Below are positions 48,652-57,500 of a stretch of DNA of 64,000 nt, piece by piece. The notes under the pieces are model-generated. The model was not told the DNA's origin, made no database searches, and worked only from the letters and a program-made list of their open reading frames with translations. The stretch comes from a bacterium (GTDB lineage Bacteria > Bacteroidota > Bacteroidia > Bacteroidales > UBA932), in assembly GCA_963639865.1 (NCBI GenBank), contig CAVHWO010000043.1:2113-66112 (forward strand), in the 5' to 3' direction. Position numbers and translations under genes: made by a program. Position 1 is the stretch's first letter. Every line of letters starts with the position of its first letter.

Positions 48652-50004
48652 ATGCGGGAGAGTTTTGACAGAATCCTGAAAGGGCTGCTTCCCGACAGTG
48701 AGGCGGTCCTTTTGGCTGTCAGCGGCGGCATCGACTCGATGTGCATGGCGGATCTGTTTCTTGGTTCCGCCTCTCATGTCACTTTCGCGGTGGCTCACTG
48801 CAACTTCCATCTCAGAGGTGATGAGAGTGATCTGGACGAGGCTCTTGTCCGGGAATGGGCCGATAGCCACGGAAGCATATTCATAAAGAAGGATTTTGAC
48901 ACTCTGGAGTACGCTGTCTCGAAGGGAATAAGTGTCGAGATGGCGGCGAGGGAACTGCGCTACGGATGGTTCGCCGAGGTGTGCCGTGAACGAGGTTTTT
49001 CTGCTCTGGCTGTCGCCCATAACGCCAACGACAATGCGGAGACGATGATCCTGAACCTGTTGCGTGGAACCGGGGTGAAAGGGGTGACCGGGATGCGGCG
49101 CCGTTCGCCTCTTCCGGGTTCGGACGCTTCGCTGATCCGTCCGCTGCTCGGCTTCCCGAGGAAGGATATTCATGAATATGCCGTCTCGCATGGCTTGAAA
49201 TGGCGGGAAGACAGTACCAATGCGGATTCTGCTTACAAGCGCAACTGTGTCAGAAACGAGATATTTCCGCTTTTCGAGAGATTGAATCCTTCGTTCCTGG
49301 CTACTCTGAACAAGGACATGGAGCGGTTCGCCCAGGTTCAGTCCGTGGCCGATGAATATGTCCGTTCCATCTCGGCGGAAGTTGTTCGTTCCGGGTCTGA
49401 CGGCCTTCCTGTGATCGATCATCGGAAACTTGCGTTGAAGAGGGACTGGGAATATGTCCTTTTCCGCCTTCTGGAACCTTTCGGGTTCGCCTCTCCGGTT
49501 GTCGCTGATCTGGTGGACCTGCTGCGCAGGGGCGGAACCGTCAGTGGAAAGACATTTGTGTCCAGTGAATATTCCGTTGTCACCACTGCCGGAGAGATTG
49601 TTATCTCTCAAGTCGCCGGGCTTGTTGAGGAGTCGGCTCTTACCATTGAAGATCCTGGAACATATTCATTGGACGGAATAAGATTCTCCATCTCTCTGTC
49701 CGATGATGTGAAGAATGTGAGGACCGCCGTTGGCGAGACAAGATTCGATTCCGCCCGGATCCCGTTTCCTTTCACGATAAGGCATTGGAGGAACGGAGAT
49801 TGGATGCGTCCTTCAGGCATGAGGGGGCGCAAGAAGCTCAGTGACATGTTCGTGGATCTCGGATTCGGCCTCCCGGAAAAGAGGAAAGCCCTCGTCATAG
49901 CTGACGAAGGCTCCCGTGTCCTGGCTTTGATCGGCCACCGCATTGATGACTCGGTCAAGGTGACGAAGGGTACGTCCTCCGTCACGATAGTCCGCCTTAT
50001 CTGA
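48652..50004 (+). CDS. tilS: tRNA(Ile)-lysidine synthetase
   Basis: AVSGGIDS PP-loop, HCNFHLRG, EMAARELRY, AHNANDNAET, KKLSD. Confidence 0.96.
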   Translation: MRESFDRILKGLLPDSEAVLLAVSGGIDSMCMADLFLGSASHVTFAVAHCNFHLRGDESDLDEALVREWADSHGSIFIKKDFDTLEYAVSKGISVEMAARELRYGWFAEVCRERGFSALAVAHNANDNAETMILNLLRGTGVKGVTGMRRRSPLPGSDASLIRPLLGFPRKDIHEYAVSHGLKWREDSTNADSAYKRNCVRNEIFPLFERLNPSFLATLNKDMERFAQVQSVADEYVRSISAEVVRSGSDGLPVIDHRKLALKRDWEYVLFRLLEPFGFASPVVADLVDLLRRGGTVSGKTFVSSEYSVVTTAGEIVISQVAGLVEESALTIEDPGTYSLDGIRFSISLSDDVKNVRTAVGETRFDSARIPFPFTIRHWRNGDWMRPSGMRGRKKLSDMFVDLGFGLPEKRKALVIADEGSRVLALIGHRIDDSVKVTKGTSSVTIVRLI

Positions 50005-51817
50005 TCTCGATTTCGAACGGCATTCTCGCGAAGACAAGATCCCCCTGTCCATTTGCCCAGGTTCTCTGCCAGTTAAGCAGCTCGCCTGCAAGGCTTTCGA
50101 ACGGAGTTCCCTCCAGCGCATTGGCGACAGCCTTCTCGGCAGGAGCACTGGACATCCCGAACTGCTGCATGAGTTGCTCCATCAGTGTCAGAGGTTTAGG
50201 ATAGCCGGCGATGCCCCAGTTGGAGATGTCCGGATCCCCGGCCAGGGAAGCGGCGTAGGAGACCGCGTCCTCCAATGTTCCGATCTCGTCCACGAGTCCG
50301 ATCCGGAGAGCGTCCGCACCTGTCCAGACACGTCCCTGTGCGATGTCGTCAACAGCCTCGAATGTCATGTCCCGACCCTCGGCCACGATACTGACGAAAC
50401 TGTTGTAGATGTCATCCACGTAAACCTGCATCCAGACGGTCTCCTCGGCGTCGAACGGTCTTGTGAGAGACAGCATGTCGGAATGCTTGTGGGACTTGAC
50501 CGGAACCATGTTGACATGGACCACATTCTTGAGGGTCTTGCTGAACTCCGGAATCGCGGAGAACACTCCGATCGAGCCTGTGAGGGTTGTGGCGTTTGTG
50601 AAGATGTGGTCGCAGCTGTTGGAGATCCAGTAGCCGCCGGATGCCGCATAGTCACCGTAGGATGCTATGACCGGCTTCACGTCTCTTGTGAGGTCGATCT
50701 CTTCCTTGATCTTGCTGGCCGCCAGCACTGTACCGCCCGGGGAGTTGACCCTGAACACGACGGCCTTGACGGTCGAGTCCGCGCGGACTTTGGCTATGAT
50801 GCCGGCGAAGCGGTCACCGCTGATGTTGTTCGGGTCGTTCTGCTCGACGATGTTCCCGTCGGCGTAGATTACGGCGATCTTTTTCTTGGCGGTCAGGTTC
50901 TGCGTGGCCTTTGCTGCCGCATAGTCGCTCAGCGGGAGGAACTTCACATCCTTATAGCTGTCCTTGCCGGCAAGGTCCGCGAGTTTTTCCTTATATTCCT
51001 CGAAGCTGAGAATCCCGTCAGCGAGGTTATGGCTTACCATGTCCTCCGGAAGGGCGATTGTAAGGTGGTCTATGAAATAGTTGAGGGAATCCACGCTGAT
51101 CCCTCTGCTTTCCGCTGTTTCGGCAGCCACGGTCTCCCACATCGAGTCGATCATCTCCTGGTTCTGCTCCATGTTCTCGGGACTCGGCGCGTTCTTGATG
51201 TAGGTCTCGCCGGCGCTCTTGTACTTTCCGTGGCGGATGAGCTGGTAGTTCACTCCGAGCTTGTCAAGCAAGTCTTTGAGGAACATCATCCTTCCGCTGA
51301 TTCCGAGCATGAAGTTGTTGCCGCCGTGGTGGCTTGTCGTGTAGATCTTGTCAGCCACGGACGCAAGATAGTAGCTGCCCGACGTGAACGCCTCTCCATA
51401 GGCGATCACCGCCTTGCCGCTTTTCCTGAAACCTGTGAGGGACTTGCGGATCTCCTCCAGTTTGCTCAAGTCGCCGGCTCCGTCAGTCTTGACGAGGATG
51501 TAGCTTACACCCGGGTCCTCGGCGGCCTTGTGAATCGCTGTCACGGCATCCCAAAGTCCCACAGGGGAGGTCTCGTTACCTTGGAGGGAGGATAGAGGAT
51601 TGCTTTCCCGGGTCTGTTCCGAAATCGCGAGTTTGGACATGTCCATGAGTAGCACTCCCTCTTTTGGAAGTGGTGCGGATGAGCCTCCGGACAGAGAGGA
51701 GGCGGAGGCGATCATTGAGCCCAGCATCATGAAGAACATGAAAAATTTCACGATGCCCCAGATGAACAGACCGCACAGCACGGCCAGCACCCATTTGAAA
51801 AATTCTTTTGTTTTCAT
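49997..51817 (-). CDS. sppA: Signal peptide peptidase SppA (67K type)
   Basis: GKYKSAGE, RVNSPGG, AASGGY, TGSIGV, AQGRVWTG; start moved to ATG at 51817. Confidence 0.95.
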   Translation of the reverse strand: MKTKEFFKWVLAVLCGLFIWGIVKFFMFFMMLGSMIASASSLSGGSSAPLPKEGVLLMDMSKLAISEQTRESNPLSSLQGNETSPVGLWDAVTAIHKAAEDPGVSYILVKTDGAGDLSKLEEIRKSLTGFRKSGKAVIAYGEAFTSGSYYLASVADKIYTTSHHGGNNFMLGISGRMMFLKDLLDKLGVNYQLIRHGKYKSAGETYIKNAPSPENMEQNQEMIDSMWETVAAETAESRGISVDSLNYFIDHLTIALPEDMVSHNLADGILSFEEYKEKLADLAGKDSYKDVKFLPLSDYAAAKATQNLTAKKKIAVIYADGNIVEQNDPNNISGDRFAGIIAKVRADSTVKAVVFRVNSPGGTVLAASKIKEEIDLTRDVKPVIASYGDYAASGGYWISNSCDHIFTNATTLTGSIGVFSAIPEFSKTLKNVVHVNMVPVKSHKHSDMLSLTRPFDAEETVWMQVYVDDIYNSFVSIVAEGRDMTFEAVDDIAQGRVWTGADALRIGLVDEIGTLEDAVSYAASLAGDPDISNWGIAGYPKPLTLMEQLMQQFGMSSAPAEKAVANALEGTPFESLAGELLNWQRTWANGQGDLVFARMPFEIEIR

Positions 51818-51859
51818 ATTCCTGAATATGTTTTGTTTTTGCCCGATGATGATTGAATG

Positions 51860-51867
51860 CAAAGTTA
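51860..51867 (-). promoter_or_regulatory. -7 promoter element of sppA
   Basis: Minus TAACTTTG(CA). Confidence 0.6.
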
Positions 51868-52103
51868 ATCCTTACTGATCGTAAATCCAATCTTATCGCT
51901 TGATTTCTGTTGTCTGGCATCATGGCTGAGTTGTACCTGAACTGAAAAAAGTCTCTGTACGAGGAGAAACGTATAGTGACAATGAGAACATTCCGTTTGC
52001 GTGGATTGACATATTGGGGCGGGACGGGCTTGACGGTTTCCCGTTATTGATCCTTTGCTGAGGATTTTTTTGCGGGAAGAATTGCATTTCTAAAAATTAT
52101 CCG

Positions 52104-52111
52104 TATCTTTG
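52104..52111 (+). promoter_or_regulatory. -7 promoter element of the tRNA gene
   Basis: TATCTTTG(CA) 11 nt before the tRNA; TTGC about 20 nt upstream. Confidence 0.7.
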
Positions 52112-52122
52112 CAGTCCAACAT

Positions 52123-52195
52123 CGCGGGGTAGAGCAGTTGGTAGCTCGTCGGGCTCATAACCCGGAGGCCAGAGGTTCGAGTCCTCTCCCCGCTA
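52123..52195 (+). tRNA. Initiator tRNA-fMet (CAT)
   Basis: Cloverleaf; anticodon CAT at 52156-52158, three G:C pairs in the anticodon stem, unpaired C1, GTTCGA T-loop; CCA not encoded. Confidence 0.97.
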
Positions 52196-52200
52196 CTAAC

Positions 52201-52233
52201 ACGGACATTGAGCAATCAGCGTCCGTTTCTTTT
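52201..52233 (+). terminator. Intrinsic terminator after the tRNA
   Basis: ACGGAC-ATTGA-GCAA-TCAGC-GTCCGT then TTCTTTT. Confidence 0.65.
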
Positions 52234-52336
52234 ATCCCCTCACCCCTCACGGGTCCCAGGATAATTGACAATCTTATGACCATGATTAGGAAGGAATTCC
52301 GTTCTCACTACCGTACAGTTGTGGGACGAGAGGGGG

Positions 52337-54583
52337 TTACTGCTTTCCATCGGCTATTGTGAAACTTGCGGAAATGGTGTTCCCGGACTCGTCGACGGCG
52401 GTGACGGTGTGTTTGCCGACCTCGGGGATCAGTGTCATCTGATGAATCTTTCGCGTCTGACCGACATATTCATTGTCGAGATGCCAGTAGATTGTGGTCG
52501 ATGGATTCCTGTGCGCCAGATTGAATGTGACTCCCCGGATTGTTCCGTCCAGCTGGCGCGGGATGTAGATCACGGCTCCATTCTCGGGGTAGATGAATTC
52601 CATCACGGCCTCGGTTCCTTTCCGGATGATGGGCGAATACTCCGGATGGTGCTGCCGGTAGTACCATTCCATTGACGGAGGAAGGACGAACACCATCTCC
52701 CCGCCTACGGTCCTGTGGTAGGGGCATGGTGCGCTTCTGACGGATTTGCGCGGTAGCGGCAGGGTGTCGATGCGCTCACAGTCAGGCCCTTTCAAGTGGC
52801 CAGATTCCTTGCAGACCTCGGCAAGAACGTAATCTCCGAACACTGGTTCCTTGAACCAGCCGTTTCTTGAATATTCACGGTCATATTCCTTTGACGGGAG
52901 CATGTTGAACATATCGAACATCACCGGCCCGGCGGTTCTGGCGCCTGTCAGTCCCGGCACTCCCTGGCCTTGCGCGTTGCCGGCCCAGACTCCCACAGCG
53001 AAGTCGGGCGTGACTCCGACAGCCCACGCATCCCTGAAACCGTAGCTGGTGCCCGTTTTCCAGGCCACCTTCTTTATCGAACTGACCAGCCTCCAGTCCA
53101 TCTCGTCCGGCCGGTTGACCTCTTTCAGCGCATCGAACGTCCACCAAAGAGCGCTTTTGTCTGTCAGAGGGAATCCGTGCAGCCTGTCGCCTTTGCCGGT
53201 GTGCGATGTGTCGGCGTTCTGGTAGGATGCGGACAGTCTGGCGTACATGGTGGTCACATCTCCGAGTGTTCCCTCTGCCCCGCCGAGAATCAGTGAAAGC
53301 CCGTAGTGTGAGGCGCTTTTATCAAGCGTTGTCATGCCGCATCTCCTGAGCAGGTCCAGAAATTTCGGGACCCCGAAACGTCTCAGCATGTGAACGGAGG
53401 GGACATTCAGGGAACGGGTCAAGGCCTCGTAGGCCGGAACGGCGCCGTCGAACCGCCGGTTGAAGTTCTGCGGAGAGAATCCGTTGATGTTGATAGGGAC
53501 GTCCGGAAGCAAGGTGTTCGGGAGAATCTCCCCGTCCTGAAGCAGGGCGCAGTATAGTATCGGTTTAAGGATGCTTCCTGTGCTTCTGGGAGAGCGGATG
53601 ATATCCACCTCGCTTCCCGGACGTTTACGGTCCGGGTCCGCATTTCCGACGTAGGCGAGTGTCTCCTCTGTCCTCACATCCTTCACGATGACCGCAAGGT
53701 CACCTATTCCTATGGTGGCCAGTTCTCCGCTCCATTGGTCGGCTATGGCCTGTACACGCCTTTGAAGATTTATGTCAACAGTGGTCCGGATCCGCTTCCC
53801 GGGGGATGTCTTCCAGTAGTATTCGGTGAGGTGGCGGGCTTCCTGCGGAAGGGCGACAGGCTTGAGCGGGAGCGGCTCGTCGCAGGCCAGAGCAAGATCG
53901 AGAGAATCAAGATGCCCCCGTTCGTAGAGTGTTTGCAGGAGCCGGTTCCTCTTTGCCAGAAGCTTGTCTCTGTTTTTCCCGGGGTGGATCTCCGCCGGGG
54001 CGTTCGGCAGCACGGCCAGTGTTGCGGCCTCTCCCCAGGAAAGTTCTTCCGGAGGCCTCCCGAAGTAACGCCACGAGGCCGCTTCCAGACCCACCACATT
54101 GCCGCCGAACGGAGCGTGCGCGGCGTACATCGCGAGAATCTCATTTTTTCCGAGTCTCAATTCCAGACGTGTCGCGAGAATCGCTTCGATGATCTTCTGA
54201 CGGACCGTCCTTTCTTTCCCTCTGGACATCCTGATCACCTGCATCGTGATGGTGCTGCCTCCGCTCGTCACCTTTCCCGCGCGCAGATTGCCGGCGGCGG
54301 CTCTCGCTATCGCCACGGGATTGACTCCGGGATGGAATGTGAACCATCTGTCCTCGAACTCGATGAGGGCTGTCCGGAACTTCTGGGGGACAGTGTCCGA
54401 AGGGGGGAACCTCCATTGTCCGTCACTTGCTATCCTTGCGCCAAGAAGCTCACCGTTCCGGTCTGTCACCACCGTGGAATAGCTTTTGCCTTTGAATATG
54501 TTCTTTGGAAGGCACAGCCAATATGCGATCAAGAGGACGGCTATGATGCCGCCCGTCATCCTTGAAAGCGTTTTCCTGCGCAT
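52337..54583 (-). CDS. pbpC: Penicillin-binding protein 1C
   Basis: EDRWF..HPGVNP, GGSTITMQ, SxxK (GSILK), SLN, KTGTS; follows alpha-2-macroglobulin; start moved to ATG at 54583. Confidence 0.95.
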   Translation of the reverse strand: MRRKTLSRMTGGIIAVLLIAYWLCLPKNIFKGKSYSTVVTDRNGELLGARIASDGQWRFPPSDTVPQKFRTALIEFEDRWFTFHPGVNPVAIARAAAGNLRAGKVTSGGSTITMQVIRMSRGKERTVRQKIIEAILATRLELRLGKNEILAMYAAHAPFGGNVVGLEAASWRYFGRPPEELSWGEAATLAVLPNAPAEIHPGKNRDKLLAKRNRLLQTLYERGHLDSLDLALACDEPLPLKPVALPQEARHLTEYYWKTSPGKRIRTTVDINLQRRVQAIADQWSGELATIGIGDLAVIVKDVRTEETLAYVGNADPDRKRPGSEVDIIRSPRSTGSILKPILYCALLQDGEILPNTLLPDVPININGFSPQNFNRRFDGAVPAYEALTRSLNVPSVHMLRRFGVPKFLDLLRRCGMTTLDKSASHYGLSLILGGAEGTLGDVTTMYARLSASYQNADTSHTGKGDRLHGFPLTDKSALWWTFDALKEVNRPDEMDWRLVSSIKKVAWKTGTSYGFRDAWAVGVTPDFAVGVWAGNAQGQGVPGLTGARTAGPVMFDMFNMLPSKEYDREYSRNGWFKEPVFGDYVLAEVCKESGHLKGPDCERIDTLPLPRKSVRSAPCPYHRTVGGEMVFVLPPSMEWYYRQHHPEYSPIIRKGTEAVMEFIYPENGAVIYIPRQLDGTIRGVTFNLAHRNPSTTIYWHLDNEYVGQTRKIHQMTLIPEVGKHTVTAVDESGNTISASFTIADGKQ

Positions 54584-54585
54584 GC

Positions 54586-57500
54586 CTATTCCGAGACTTT
54601 CGCTTTGCCTGATGCGGTGTTGGCGGATGTGTGCGGGTCGTACATCGCCTCGCACTTTATGGCGGGCAGGATGAACTCTCCCTGGTAGGAAGCGTGCAAC
54701 TTGATTCTGAACGTCTTGCTTGAGCCTTTCGCCAGGTCGAAGAACCATGACACACGGTCATCCCGGATGTCGCGGTAGCTGTAGGCGGCGGTGGAGGCCT
54801 CGCCTCCGGACAACCTGTCATTGACAATCTCCCATCCGGAAGGAATCATTCCGGTCAGAGCCAGATTCGTGTAGTCCTTTGAACCGCTGGTGTTGCCGAC
54901 GGTTATGGCCGCCGTGAAGTCGGTTCCCTGAGGGATGTCGTGCGGATTCAAGGTCCTGCCGCTTTCTGCCGAATAGCTGACCTTCAGATTGAGACCGTTG
55001 GATCTGGCCTCGACCCTGTCACCAAATTCCGGTCTTACCGAGGTTATGAGAGTGGCGTAGATGGTTCCGTCCGTCGTGTTCGTGACTTTGATGTCGCCGT
55101 CCTGTGTGTTGACAGGCACGCTGCTGACGGCTTTGGTGGTCTTGACCTTGGCGGTATTACCTCCTTGGACCACTTCCGCCGAAAGGGAGCCGGTGCCTGT
55201 TTTCAGGGCAAGCCTTCTCATCGCGGTTGCCGCGAACGCCACTTCCTGAGTCATATACCAACCTCCTGACATTGATTCGGCCACTTCCTGCGCAAGATCC
55301 ATCGCCTCCGGAATGGCGTCAGTGAGTACCAAAGCCTCAAGGGCCATCGCCTTGTCTCTTGCCGGGGAGCCGAAAGATTCATCTTTCTCCCGATGATCAT
55401 GGAAGCCGGTCTTCAACTTCGATATGATCTCTTCAGCCACGGCCTTCTTGCCGGACAGGGCATAGGTTGACGCAAGCATCCAACCAGCCTGGCTCGATAG
55501 AGACTCGCTTTCCTTCAGCCTGTTCATGGCACCGCTCTCAACCTCGTCGTTCAAGGCCAGAGTGTAGAGCCTGTAGGCCTGATTAAGGTCCCCCTGACCG
55601 GCGTTGTCGGAATTCCTGTAGTCCTGAACGTTCCTTTTCTGGAATCTTGACCAGCTCGCCATCACTCCCTTGCTGACAGTGAACCCGTTCCGTGCCGCAG
55701 TGATCATGAACTGGCCTGCCAATGAGCTGACCCACCCGTTGGCTTCGGCGGCTCCCGGCCAATAGACGAACCCTCCGTTGCCAAGCTGCCTTTGGTAGAG
55801 TTGCCGGAGCAGGTCCGGAATCATCAAATCGATCTCCTTTTGCTTGTCTTGAGGAAGCATGTTCCTTATCGCCAGCAAGGCGATTCCCTTTGAAGAGATC
55901 TGTTCGGTGCAATTGTAGCTGTAATTCTTCAGGAATGTGAATATCCCTCCGCAGTCAACGGACGGGAATCCGGTCAGCTCCAAGGTGGCCCATTGGCCTT
56001 CATCGGTGGTGAAAGGTGTGAAACCGATGTGCTTTGACGCACCCTTGCCGATCACTGCCCTGCTGACTGAGATGACAGGAGCGCCGGATGGACGTACCTG
56101 GATTGTGATCTTGTCTTCCGCCTTGTGTCCATCACCTATGGCTGAGACGTAAATGGTTCCGGTTCCATTTCCGGTGGCCTCAAGACGGAAGTTGACAATT
56201 TTGTCCCCCGGCTTGGCGAACTTGACACCTGCTTTGGAACCGCCGGTCAGCCGTAGAGGCCCATCGACTCTCACGCTGACTTCGGCTTCCTTCACCCCGT
56301 CCTCAAGGGCGAACACGTTGACCGGCATTGTGACCTTCTCGCCTGTCCCGAGAACTCTTGGAAGCGACGGAAGCACCATGAGTGGAGACCTTACAGGGAC
56401 TGCCTTCTCTGCGTTGCCATAGGCTCCGTCCTTGGCGGCCACAAGCATCACCCTCACGCTGCCGACATACATCGGAAGCTTCACCTTGTGTGAGGCGGAA
56501 CCGCTCTGGAGTGTGAACGGACCAAGGAATCTTACAACCGGGTTGAACCGGTTGTCCTTCTTGGCGCTGACAATCAGATTCTCGTCACCTCCTATGCTGA
56601 ACATAGGGGAGAATCTGCCGCTGTAGGCTCCGATTACATCATCGTAGAGATCCCATGTGCTGACACCTAGCGCCTCTCTTGCGTACATCGAGTTCCAAGG
56701 ATCCGGAGTCTTGAATGCGGTGAGGTCAAGAAGCCCTTCGTCAACAACAGCGACAGTGTAGGTCATAGGCTTTCCGTTCTTTTCCTTGATTTTGATCGTG
56801 AATTCTTCCTCAGGGCGGAGCACGTCCGGCATGCTGATTACAGGTTCCAGATGCGAATCCTTGTTGTCGACCAGAATCGGCCGCACTCCATAGAGCCTGA
56901 TAGGCAGATCGTTGCCTGATTCCTCATGAGGCTGTACAAGCGTCACATGAATGTAGAAATCAGGCGCCATGTCAGGTGTCACCTTGAATGAATATGTCGC
57001 ATCGCCTTCCCCGGAAGTCTTTACCCATGCTCTGGAGATGACCTTTCTGGAGTTCTCAAGGGAGACGAGGGCATGTCCCTTCGAAGCGGCGGGAATATAG
57101 ACGGTCGCGGTCTCGCCGACATTGTAGGAATCCTTGTCGGTTGAGAATGACAGCATTGTGAGAGCGTCCGGATCGGCTTTTGAGGATCTCCCCCTGTAGG
57201 CCGGCCAGTCCACATAGACGATGCCTCCCGAGGCATGTCCGCTTTCAGTGTCGGTGACAAGCACAAGATAGCGCCCCCAGTCCGGGTAGTCCACCCTGAA
57301 CGGGATGGAAATGTCGGAGTTTCCTGATTTCAGGGTGCCGGAGGCTATGATGTCGGCTGACGGGCTGTTGACATAGGAATCCAGACTTTCATCCCGGCTT
57401 TCCCACCACCAGCTCCACTTCATCTTGTAGATTGAATATTCCAGATTGTGTCCGGCGACCCTTGAGCCGTCCCTGTCGATGACGGTGACACCGATGCTGT

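Noticed and set aside
51870..52080. Unexplained 200-bp spacer between the sppA and tRNA promoters
   Set aside because: No ORF, repeat or stable structure I can support
52123..52336. tRNA as an integration site for a genomic island (pbpC/A2M)
   Set aside because: No integrase, no duplicated tRNA 3' end, and no evident compositional shift
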